From Eledone cirrhosa (lineage: Eukaryota), in contig OZ024742.1 in assembly GCA_964016885.1 (NCBI GenBank), forward strand, positions 186,992,001 to 187,056,000: a stretch of 64,000 nucleotides of DNA. The letters run 5' to 3'. The notes below the pieces were generated by a model. The model was not told where the DNA came from. It saw nothing but the letters and a program-made list of their open reading frames with translations, and searched no databases. A program made the position numbers and the translations under genes. Below are positions 1-11,285 of this stretch, piece by piece. The first letter of the stretch is position 1, and each line of letters opens with the position of its first letter.

Positions 1-365
1 AAGAATTTTTGCAAACACCAAGTAGCGCTGGAGCCACTTTATTAACATAAAAACAGTCTTGGCGCAAAATCAATTTTTTACATTCACATGACCTCTACCG
101 ACCAATCAAAATTGTTTTGAGCACAAGAATTTTTGCAACACCAAAGTAGCGCTGGAGCCACTTTTTTAACATAAAAACAGATCAGAGCAAACAACACGGA
201 CACTCTATCTCAAAATTATTTTTGAAAAGCATTTAGAAATGCGCAACCGGTAAAAACTTAAAAACTTAAAACCACAACTGAATACTAACCCATACAATTA
301 CTAATACTCTTTTATTCCCATTTTTCAACTGTGAACAATTTGTCAGCATTTTCTATTCCGTTTAC
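1..365 (+). mobile_element. Probable PLE 3' (pLTR) remnant with a ~55-bp direct duplication and a decayed hammerhead-like motif
   Basis: AAGAATTTTTGCAA..CACCAA..GTAGCGCTGGAGCCACTT..TTAACATAAAAACAG occurs at ~1 and ~126. TTGAAAA-GCAT-ttagaa-ATGC-GCAAC-CG-GTA at 222-252 resembles the decayed HHRs at ~1757, ~23472 and ~42194. Confidence 0.35.
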
Positions 366-379
366 CAATATATATATAT

Positions 380-412
<33 letters not shown>

Positions 413-440
413 TATATATGTTGTGTGTTATATATATATA

Positions 441-779
441 TAAATTAGCGAGAATCGCATTTCGGCTATTGGAAATTATCGAAAAACAACTTCCGAGATG
501 TGTGGCAAGCGCTCCATAGAAACTGGTGAACTAGAGCAACAACGTAAGTTAAAAGGCTAAACACGCTGAGACGATGGTTAAACCATTATCTGCAAAGCCA
601 TAGAAACAACCAAGCTTTTCGGGTAAAAAAAATAATAAAATATGATTGAAAATTATACCCGGACCCTTAGTGGTGAGGTCCAATAACTTACGTTGTTGCT
701 CTAGTTAACTAGTTTCTATGGAGCGCTTTCCAAAGTTGATTTTCGCTAATTTCCAATACCCGAAATGCAATTCTCGCTA

Positions 780-784
<5 letters not shown>
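441..784. mobile_element. Non-coding fold-back element with ~105-bp imperfect inverted arms, inserted in (TA)n
   Basis: 441-551 (TAAATTAGCGAGAATCGC...GAGCAACAACGTAAGTTA) is the reverse complement of 684-784. TA runs flank both sides. Confidence 0.75.
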
Positions 785-818
<34 letters not shown>

Positions 819-819
<1 letters not shown>

Positions 820-1330
820 CAACATCATAAAGAGCAAAAGACAACCTAAATCCATAAAAAACATCCTCACACAAGCAAAAATCCAACAAACCCCCACAAT
901 GAACCCTACAGTAACAAAATGCGGAATGCCCAACTGTGGCATATGGATAAATCTAATAGAAGGTTCAACATTCCATTTTAAAGAAGGACAACATTTCACA
1001 GTTAAACACAACTTTACATGTGCATCTGAAAATCTAATCTATGTTTTGACCTGCTCAGGTTGTCAAGAGCACTACATAGGACAGACAAAAAACAGCCTCC
1101 GACAACGGCTGACCGTCCATAAATCACAAATCAAAATACAGGAATACAGAAAGATTGCGTTTAGTGACCATATCGCCAATTGTGCACCCAAGCAACATCC
1201 AAACTTCAAAATTTTCCCCATTTACAAATTCATAGACAACGTTACTTTCAACCATCGTACTAATAAGGAAACGTATTTCATTAACAAATTCAAACCCCTA
1301 CTTAATGCACTAAACTTCGGACTAAACTAA
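819..1330 (+). pseudogene. 5'-truncated Penelope-like element: linker plus GIY-YIG endonuclease
   Basis: In-frame KRQPKSIKNIL upstream of ORF 899-1330, a Cys linker (CGMPNCGIW), FTCASENLIYVLTCSGCQEHYIGQT..LRQRLTVH, and KETYFINKFKPLLN. Begins right after (TA)n. Confidence 0.9.
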
Positions 1331-1975
1331 AACTGGAACGAACAATGAAACATTTACAAATACCTATGTCTCTCTAAAGAGTTACCTCCCTCACACCCTA
1401 CCTAATCCTTTTTCTTAAATAAATTAAATATCATCCAGCATGAATTACCTCTCCCTGCATATTAACTCTCTAAAAAGGGAAATCATATAAAACCCCAGTC
1501 CACCATTTGCCTCCATAATGGATCAACTAAGCACTCTTGCTATATTAACACATTTTGATCGGCTTATCTTCAAGAACTATGCCTGCAAATAACATTATTT
1601 GTTCTTACACATTGACTTATTATGCTCCACATTACGTCCCTTTTATTCTTTTTTCTTTTCACCTCATAAACCTTGTTTGTAAATAACGTTATTCTTTCTG
1701 CACCATTTCTTTAACATGTCCAACACCACCATTCTACACCAATACATATTATAATTTGATAATGCATAAAAATGCTGAAACCGGTAATAGACAATTATTA
1801 AATAAATAAATAAATACCATTGTTAATTAATTAATAAATCAACTTAACACTTCACACAAAGTAAAATATTTCGTTTTAATCATTTTCTAAACCCAGAAAA
1901 AAAGAGAGAAATAAATAAAAAGGGAAAAAAAATATTTCTCTTCCTAATAATCGTCTTTTTCTCACTGTTTTCATA
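1331..1975 (+). mobile_element. 3' UTR/pLTR of the PLE with a decayed HHR at ~1757-1787
   Basis: Directly follows the GIY-YIG stop. Contains TTGATAA-TGCAT-aaaa-ATGC-TGAAAC-CG-GTA and ends at (TA)n. Confidence 0.5.
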
Positions 1976-1996
1976 CATAAATATATATATATATAC

Positions 1997-2402
1997 TTCG
2001 TTTTTGAATTTGTTTTGCAAGATTTTGTATCTGAAAACGTGTGCTGAAACATCAATTGTTATGCTTTGGGAGGGTCATGCTGCCAATATAAACACACGCA
2101 CCACGGATTTCACTTCAATTTATTATAAATTTCCGGTTGGTTGTTTCGATAACCGGATGGTGGTTTATATAATGTCAAAGCTCTTTCGTCACACGTTCTG
2201 TGACTTCCTCAGTGACTGGGTTTTATTTTGTGTCTTTCTGGTCACTGAGGAGGTCACAGAATGTGTGACGAAAGAGCTTTGAGAATATATAAACAACCAT
2301 CCATTTATCGAACCAACCAAACAACCGGAAATGAATAATAAATTGAAGTGTAAACCAGCAGGTGCGTGTGTTTTATTGGCAGCATATGGCTCTTCCAAAA
2401 TA

Positions 2403-2408
<6 letters not shown>
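1997..2408. mobile_element. ORF-less inverted pair of PLE pLTRs, each with a hammerhead ribozyme
   Basis: ~2055-2216 is the reverse complement of ~2241-2408. Minus-strand HHR at 2174-2216: GTCA-CTGAGGA-A-GTCACA-gaacg-TGTGAC-GAAAG-AG-CTT-TGAC. Plus-strand HHR at 2241-2283. Confidence 0.8.
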
Positions 2409-2486
<78 letters not shown>

Positions 2487-2630
2487 AAATACATATACAT
2501 ATGCAGATAGATAGACATAGATTGATACAAAGACAAATATACTGTACACAAACACAGAGACACGCACACACGCACACACACACACACACACACTCACACA
2601 CACATACACACACACACATACACATACATG

Positions 2631-2691
<61 letters not shown>

Positions 2692-2694
2692 GTG

Positions 2695-2747
<53 letters not shown>

Positions 2748-3044
2748 TGAAACAAAATGAAAACGAAATTTCATTTCTCACTCTTAGTATGGCACTTACT
2801 TAAATGTAAGTATGCATGTATACGTACATACATATATGTATACAGACGTACAGTAGCATGCACATATATATATATATATACATATATACATACATATGCA
2901 TACAGGTACACATACATATATGCACGTATCAGTTTAGCGGCGCTAACGTCGCTTTGTTCGTTTGTAAACAAACTGAACAGCCTGAATTTATGCCATACGG
3001 TGTTAAGGCAACCACGTCACCTTTTTGTTCAACACTGACACAGG

Positions 3045-3089
3045 AACGATGTACTAGTTTCAAGCTTGTTAGCTATCATCAGCACCGTT
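3045..3089 (-). ncRNA. Type I hammerhead ribozyme (further minus-strand copies at 3511-3555 and 3977-4021)
   Basis: Reverse complement reads AACGGTG-CTGATGA-T-AGCT-aaca-AGCT-T-GAAAC-TA-GTA-CATCGTT: 7-bp stem I, stem II, palindromic ACTAGT stem III, GUA site. Confidence 0.85.
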
Positions 3090-4352
3090 TACCCATCTGC
3101 CAGATAGTTGAACGTTCAAAAGTATATACTTTCCTTATGAAAATTAACGGCTGAGCAGCCTAATTTGCATATTGAGTGAGTTAAATCGGTCAGGCATACC
3201 GAAAACGATAAATTGAAACAAAATGAAAACGAAATTTCATTTCTCACTCTTAGTATGGCACTTACTTAAATGTAAGTATGCATGTATACGTACATACATA
3301 TATGTATACAGACGTACAGTAGCATGCACATATATATATATATATACATATATACATACATATGCATACAGGTACACATACATATATGCACGTATCAGTT
3401 TAGCGGCGCTAACGTCGCTTTGTTCGTTTGTAAACAAACTGAACAGCCTGAATTTATGCCATACGGTGTTAAGGCAACCACGTCACCTTTTTGTTCAACA
3501 CTGACACAGGAACGATGTACTAGTTTCAAGCTTGTTAGCTATCATCAGCACCGTTTACCCATCTGCCAGATAGTTGAACGTTCAAAAGTATATACTTTCC
3601 TTATGAAAATTAACGGCTGAGCAGCCTAATTTGCATATTGAGTGAGTTAAATCGGTCAGGCATACCGAAAACGATAAATTGAAACAAAATGAAAACGAAA
3701 TTTCATTTCTCACTCTTAGTATGGCACTTACTTAAATGTAAGTATGCATGTATACGTACATACATATATGTATACAGACGTACAGTAGCATGCACATATA
3801 TATATATATATACATATATACATACATATGCATACAGGTACACATACATATATGCACGTATCAGTTTAGCGGCGCTAACGTCGCTTTGTTCGTTTGTAAA
3901 CAAACTGAACAGCCTGAATTTATGCCATACGGTGTTAAGGCAACCACGTCACCTTTTTGTTCAACACTGACACAGGAACGATGTACTAGTTTCAAGCTTG
4001 TTAGCTATCATCAGCACCGTTTACCCATCTGCCAGATAGTTGAACGATACGTGCATATATGTATGTGTACCTGTATGCATATGTATGTATATATGTATAT
4101 ATATATATATATGTGCATGCTACTGTACGTCTGTATACATATATGTATGTACGTATACATGCATACTTACATTTAAGTAAGTGCCATACTAAGAGTGAGA
4201 AATGAAATTTCGTTTTCATTTTGTTTCAATTTATCGTTTTCGGTATGCCTGACCGATTTAACTCACTCAATATGCAAATTAGGCTGCTCAGCCGTTAATT
4301 TTCATAAGGAAAGTATATACTTTTGAACGTTCAACTATCTGGCAGATGGGTA

Positions 4353-4397
4353 AACGGTGCTGATGATAGCTAACAAGCTTGAAACTAGTACATCGTT
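4353..4397 (+). ncRNA. Type I hammerhead ribozyme (further copy at 4819-4863)
   Basis: AACGGTG-CTGATGA-TAGCTAACAAGCTT-GAAAC-TA-GTA-CATCGTT read directly on the + strand. Confidence 0.85.
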
Positions 4398-5105
4398 CCT
4401 GTGTCAGTGTTGAACAAAAAGGTGACGTGGTTGCCTTAACACCGTATGGCATAAATTCAGGCTGTTCAGTTTGTTTACAAACGAACAAAGCGACGTTAGC
4501 GCCGCTAAACTGATACGTGCATATATGTATGTGTACCTGTATGCATATGTATGTATATATGTATATATATATATATATGTGCATGCTACTGTACGTCTGT
4601 ATACATATATGTATGTACGTATACATGCATACTTACATTTAAGTAAGTGCCATACTAAGAGTGAGAAATGAAATTTCGTTTTCATTTTGTTTCAATTTAT
4701 CGTTTTCGGTATGCCTGACCGATTTAACTCACTCAATATGCAAATTAGGCTGCTCAGCCGTTAATTTTCATAAGGAAAGTATATACTTTTGAACGTTCAA
4801 CTATCTGGCAGATGGGTAAACGGTGCTGATGATAGCTAACAAGCTTGAAACTAGTACATCGTTCCTGTGTCAGTGTTGAACAAAAAGGTGACGTGGTTGC
4901 CTTAACACCGTATGGCATAAATTCAGGCTGTTCAGTTTGTTTACAAACGAACAAAGCGACGTTAGCGCCGCTAAACTGATACGTGCATATATGTATGTGT
5001 ACCTGTATGCATATGTATGTATATATGTATATATATATATATATGTGCATGCTACTGTACGTCTGTATACATATATGTATGTACGTATACATGCATACTT
5101 ACATT

Positions 5106-5147
<42 letters not shown>

Positions 5148-5500
5148 CGGACACAATTTACGAATCAATGAATCAGTGAATAAATAAACATGAACTTGTG
5201 ATATTCCAATACGTATGAATGAGTTTCTGTATATAATCTAACGACATATTTTTCTAAAAATCTATGTAATCATGCATCCATGATACATTACATTACTTTA
5301 CAACCGTTTTCATGTATCTTCCTTCTACATTTATGCAGTTGTACAATTTATTAGCTATACAAAACCAACATATATTCATCAAGGCATCCATTTAACAAGC
5401 GATTGTGTTCTATCTAGCGTGATATATCAGAACATGATATTCAGTTAAATATTTGGTATATGTGTATTATATATATTCATATATTAAGTATCATCATCAC

Positions 5501-5531
<31 letters not shown>

Positions 5532-5559
5532 GTATGTATGGGCCTAGAGATTGGTTTGT

Positions 5560-6100
5560 CACAGTACATTGGCATGCAGGTTGATTTAACCTGTAAAGAA
5601 TATTGCCGGTTATCACTCAGTAGAGTGGCCGTTGGAAGTCATTGAAGAAGCCAAGAACACGGGTGCATTGTATGAAATTTCTGTTTGTGGCGAGTGTGGA
5701 AAGCGTGAGCCTCAGTTGATAGATTGAAACGTCATTTGAAAGTGCACCAAAAAAGGGTCCCTGGGACTGGGAGTGAGACATCCTTTGTTCTTGTTAGGGC
5801 ATAATTGAAGCAGAAGGAAACCTTTAATGTAAAATATGCAACCGGTTGGAAGGCAATGATATTGATCTGTTCACCGTAGTTTAGAGAATGGGATTAAGCC
5901 CAGTGCCAGGCCTTTCTTCCCTTAAAAAATCTTAAGCGTTGGCATCATTTGATCTAAACATTTTTCACGTTTGTTGCATGAGTATGGCTGGCCGAAGCTA
6001 AAACAAGGATGTTTTGTCCCTCGCTGCAGCATGTGTAGAAAAGAGTGTAAGTTCTTGGCAGAGCTACAAAGTCATATTCGTGCCACCCATGTGTGAGAAA
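5560..6100 (+). mobile_element. Decayed RTE-derived fragment
   Basis: The 3' part translates to CSMCRKECKFLAELQSHIRA, similar to the C-terminal zinc finger of the RTE-derived family at 43686. Confidence 0.35.
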
Positions 6101-6216
6101 AGGATCAAATGATGGTAATTCTCAAAATCGAGTTACAGCCAACGTCAATGTATGCATCTATGAATTTATGTATGTGTTTATGTTTGTATATGAATGTATT
6201 AATTTTTATACACATA

Positions 6217-6343
6217 CGAGGGTTGGTTGAAAAGGTCATAGGCGGTATTGTTTCTTTCCAGGGTCTATGTTGAAACATAAAACTCATTTGGTCATTCCAT
6301 GGGAGTATCATGGTCAATCTATAAACTTTTCAGCCGCCCCTTG
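6217..6343. mobile_element. Mariner-type MITE (127 bp)
   Basis: TA|CGAGGGTTGGTTGAAAAGGTCATAG ... CTATAAACTTTTCAGCCGCCCCTTG|TA: ~25-bp imperfect TIRs and a TA TSD. Confidence 0.7.
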
Positions 6344-6393
6344 TACATTTATATTTGTGTGTGCACATGTTTACCTGTTTATATATATATATC

Positions 6394-6492
<99 letters not shown>

Positions 6493-7029
6493 AAATTAGT
6501 AGTAGTAGTTTCACAATTTTCTCTGTGGTGAATTAAGAAAATAGTGAGGGTCTTGGATTAAATGCTTCGATATTTGTTCTGCCTCTCTGAACTTTGAGTT
6601 CAAATCTCGTCTCTTGCCATTCAAAGTTCAGCGACATTTCAGCCAGGAATCGCAGGTGGCATGTAGTAACGAGCAATGGAAAGATAAATAGACACAGATC
6701 GATACTTCAGGGTTTATAACACGTGGAAAAAGAGTTTTGAATACCGAAGCAAAGAATATAATAGATATAATATATATTATATTACTGAGATTATTGTCTG
6801 TTCCTGTGGCAATCCGCCAAACTCGCAGTGGCAACGACAAGTAATCTCATGTGTATATCTATATATATATATATATATGTGTGTATGTGTGTGTGTATGT
6901 GTGTGTGTGTGTGTGTGTGTGGATGACGGCTGAGAGAAAGGGGTACTCAATATCGAAGTAGACTTTTAATATTCATTTATATTAAGGCTTACAAGTCAGT
7001 GTGGATACTTTGGAGTTTCGCCATTGAAA

Positions 7030-7092
7030 CGTTAGTTCTTGTCTGATGACCCTGTAATAAACAGGCGAAACTCCAGAGTAACATGACTAACG
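7030..7092 (+). ncRNA. Type I hammerhead ribozyme in a short pLTR remnant
   Basis: CGTTAGTTCTTGT-CTGATGA-C-CCTGT-aataa-ACAGG-C-GAAAC-TC-ca-GA-GTA-ACATGACTAACG. An inverted copy of its 3' half lies at ~7006-7022. Confidence 0.85.
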
Positions 7093-7113
7093 ATTTAGCC
7101 TTGATATAGATGA

Positions 7114-7197
<84 letters not shown>

Positions 7198-7741
7198 GTA
7201 TATATATATTATTGAGATTACTCGTTGTTGCTAATATAACTTATATATATGTATTTATGCAGTAGCAACTCAGCCAGGAGCTGCAACCAACAGGATAATA
7301 TTAGAAATGGAAAGAGCAATGGCAACATAGTTTCCTTGTCCTATTTGAATATCAGCTTCTTTTCCTTTTACTAATAAAAGAAAAAGGCTAGTTGGCGTTG
7401 AACAAGAGTTTGAAAAGCTGCCAAAATCCACGGCTTTGTAAATCGCTTTAAAACCAATGATAACATTGCTACAAGCTATTTTGATTCCGTGTAATAAAAT
7501 CCAAAGCTGTTCACTTCACTAGTTTCTGTCATTGAGACTTTGACAAATTGAATAATGGGCTTCTTGTTTTAGCGTTCGACACAGGAGGTGTTATTTGTTC
7601 TTTCTTTCTTTCTTACATTCTTTCTTTCTTAAATTCTTTCTTTCTTGGTTTCTTACTTACTTTCTTTCTTTCCTTCCTTCTTTCTTTCTTTTTTTCTTTA
7701 TTTCTTTCTTTTAATCCTTAAATAAAACTGGACTGCACAAA

Positions 7742-7769
<28 letters not shown>

Positions 7770-7783
<14 letters not shown>

Positions 7784-7871
7784 CAGAACACACTCAAACA
7801 GATTGACAGACAGACACACACTTACGCACATATATAAACCATGAATATATATATATAAATATAAATGTATG

Positions 7872-7941
<70 letters not shown>

Positions 7942-8031
7942 CATACATTTATATTTATATATATATATTCATGGTTTATATATGTGCGTAAGTGTGTGTC
8001 TGTGTGTCAATCTGTTTGAGTGTGTTCTGAT

Positions 8032-8043
<12 letters not shown>
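7770..8043. repeat. Near-perfect ~270-bp palindrome centred on a (TA)n run
   Basis: TATCAGAACACACTCAAACAGATTGAC... is mirrored by ...GTCAATCTGTTTGAGTGTGTTCTGATA. The centre lies at ~7908. Confidence 0.9.
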
Positions 8044-8071
<28 letters not shown>

Positions 8072-8779
8072 ACACAAACACACACACGCGCGCAGACACA
8101 CACGCACACACATATATATGTGTGTAGATGTATATATGTATATATATATATATATATATATGCATCTTTAAGCTAAAACTTTATACATGCATACGTTTTT
8201 TCCTTAACCGAATAACTTTATACATGTGTACATGCGTACATTCATTGAAACGCCTTTTTTAAAATTTGATGTATGTATACGATTATCATCACCAACAGCT
8301 CCACTCCTCAAAAATCAACGTAAGAAACTACTTATGTCACTCAACAACCAGTCAATAAAATATATTTCATGTTATTGAAACTAGAAATAACCAAAAAAAT
8401 TCCCTAGATAAATGAACTACTCAATGAAGCACATATACACAATATAAATCATATATTGTTTCCTCATAAATACAGTAATAAATACTACAATAAATTAAAA
8501 GGGATGGGAAACTGTTATTGGAGTGGTAAAATTAAAATTTATTCAAAGCAAACATTGATTTCGTATTGATATTTGGACCGTTTGCATTTTCAAATTTCTT
8601 AAGTCAACAGAATGTTGATATCTCAGGGAGAATGTGAGGACCTTCTCCAGGAGGTAACAAGAATTTAAAAAAAAGTTTCCAACCGAAGTTAACGAAGGAC
8701 ATATTAGATCTACATAGCAAAATTATAATATTAAATTCTTATAAAATACCAACTAATAGTGAAGTAGTGCTTTTCCTTT

Positions 8780-8834
<55 letters not shown>

Positions 8835-8836
<2 letters not shown>

Positions 8837-9003
8837 GTATTTCCCAGCGTCGAACACGCTATCTTTTTCGTAAAATAAGTCTAAAAAAATCTATCATGCG
8901 TCCTGGACGCCGAAGGTTGTTTATTATTTAATAAAAATAATTTGGGTTGTCAAAATTAGGGTGCATCCTCGAGCCGAAGTGTCTTCGGCGCCGGGAAATA
9001 CAG
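8835..9003. mobile_element. Tc1/pogo-type MITE
   Basis: TA|CCGTATTTCCCAGCGTCGAACAC ... GTCTTCGGCGCCGGGAAATACAG|TA. Confidence 0.75.
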
Positions 9004-9049
9004 TACATACATACACACACACACACACATATATATATATGTGTGTGTG

Positions 9050-9102
<53 letters not shown>

Positions 9103-9105
<3 letters not shown>

Positions 9106-9244
9106 TCCCGGGTTCAATCGGGGCTAACCACAGTAAGTATGCTACTCAATAAATTAGTAGAGCTTATACAACATTTCCTGATGATTTCCTTCGAATGAAA
9201 CTGTTCTTGTCCTGTAGAAGACATTTCTGTATTATTAGATGTTG

Positions 9245-9245
<1 letters not shown>
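9103..9245. mobile_element. Short pLTR-like element with an HHR-like core; same family as 50468-50687
   Basis: CTGATGA-T-TTC-cttc-GAA-T-GAAAC-T-GTT at ~9178-9205. CCGGGTT.AATCGG.G.TAACCACAGTAAGTA matches the reverse complement of 50640-50680. Confidence 0.6.
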
Positions 9246-9314
<69 letters not shown>

Positions 9315-9372
9315 GTATATATATATAGTAATATATATAGCACCGATTCTTTGCTTAAAATTTAATCTGTTA

Positions 9373-9497
<125 letters not shown>

Positions 9498-9845
9498 ATG
9501 TATATATATTCATAGTATAATGGGAAAAACTCAACGTTAGGAAGCTGTTAAAACAGTAAAAGGACGACAATGACAGCGTCCGGTAAAATTTACCTCAAAG
9601 GATAGAAATCAGCGGCTAGAAGTGACAGAAAAGAAATAAAATCGACGAGAGAAGATCTCAGAATCATTTAAATACACTCAACACCTTTTCGATCGTGAAG
9701 ATTATTATGATAATAAGATGACGATAATGATAATGGCTCATTAACAACTGATAGAAAAGTTTAGTGTGTAATAGTTTGGAGAGTACAAGGACTGTTTATA
9801 TATATATTTATATATATATATATATATATATGAATATATATATAT

Positions 9846-10302
9846 ATCATGATCATCATCATCACCGTTTTACGTCCGTTCTTCCACGCTAGCATGGGTT
9901 AGACGGGTTGTCCTGTTGTGTGCAGTGTCTGGTCGGCTGACCATGCCTTGCTCATACAGGAACTGATCTGGCTTGATTTCTACAGCTGGATGCCCTTCCT
10001 AACACCAACCTCATTTACAGTGAGTGCTGGGTACTTTTTCGTGGCGCCTACACGTCCACTTTACAGTGCGGGCTGGGTGCTTTTTTGCCGTGGCACCTCC
10101 ACGACCACCTTGTGGTGGGGGGTGTGGGGGCATATTGTTTATATGCTTCAGCATGTACCCATGGGAGGTCGGGTACTCTGTATTACTGCGTGACGCCAGA
10201 AGTCATGGTCGTGTGTCATTGTCTTTGAGAGGTGGAGTTGGGTAAGGTCGGCTTTTATCACCTCATCCCAGGTCATCTTGGGTCTCCCCACTCCGCGGTT
10301 TC
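9846..10302 (-). mobile_element. RTE-clade LINE 3' fragment with a (GAT)n tail
   Basis: Reverse complement encodes [17 protein letters not shown], contains AGGAAGGGCATCCAGCTGTAGAAA, and ends GGACGTAAAACGGTGATGATGATG. Confidence 0.75.
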
Positions 10303-10303
10303 C

Positions 10304-10415
<112 letters not shown>

Positions 10416-10451
10416 ATAAATAGATGGGTATGTATATATATATAAATATAC

Positions 10452-10517
<66 letters not shown>

Positions 10518-11004
10518 TCTCTGTTTCTCTCACCTTCTTTCGCCCCCTCTGTCAGTTACACTTCTCTCGACTGGCCTCTTCCTCGCACTTCCACTCACTC
10601 ACTCTCTGCTTCTCCCCTTCTCACTTCCTCCCGTTTGGCCTGAAGTGGTGTCCTTTCTTGCTCACATCTCACTCCTGTCGCACGGTCTGTTGTCTCTCGC
10701 TCAGGAAATCCACACAGCTTAAGCTGATCGTATTCCCATGTGCTTGTTTTCTCCTATCTTTGCGTTGCTATCCTTATATGTTTGTTTACTTGTCTCGCTC
10801 GCTTTACGCGATTTACTTGTCCCAATAGCTTTATTTAGCTATTGCTCGCACCAACTGGAGGTATATGATTTTTAAAGCGATGAAATACCAATGAAGGTTG
10901 GAAAATCATTGATGATGGACTATTTTTATCATATGTAACCCATGTGCAACCACGCAGTATTCTTTCTTCTTATGTTTTATATATACTTATATATATATAT
11001 ATAT

Positions 11005-11235
11005 ATTATTAAAATAACAGATTAAAGTTTAAGCAAAGAATCGCTGCTTTCACTTTAACGGGATCTTCTGAAACGGGATCTTCAGAAGAACCCTTTAAGA
11101 GTGAAAGCAGCGATTCTTTGCTTAAACTTTAATCTGTTATTTTAATAAATATTTGCTCTACGGTTCATATATATTTGAGATATATTTATCCTTATCGAGC
11201 CCTCTTTGGATTTTATGCTTCAAATTTATTATTAT

Positions 11236-11240
<5 letters not shown>
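11005..11240. mobile_element. Fold-back element with a degenerate HHR-like core in each arm
   Basis: 11005-11070 is the reverse complement of ~11080-11148. Core reads CAGAAGA-..CCC..-GTGAAAGC. A remnant of the same arm lies at 9344-9380. Confidence 0.55.

Positions 11241-11283
<43 letters not shown>

Positions 11284-11285
<2 letters not shown>

Larger units (their letters stand above)
2743..5106. repeat. 466-bp unit array: ~2.8 direct copies then ~2.3 inverted copies, retrozyme/pLTR-like
   Basis: Identical ORF-track translations repeat at a 466 offset (2757/3223/3689). Orientation flips at ~4046. Both ends abut (TA)n. Confidence 0.95.
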
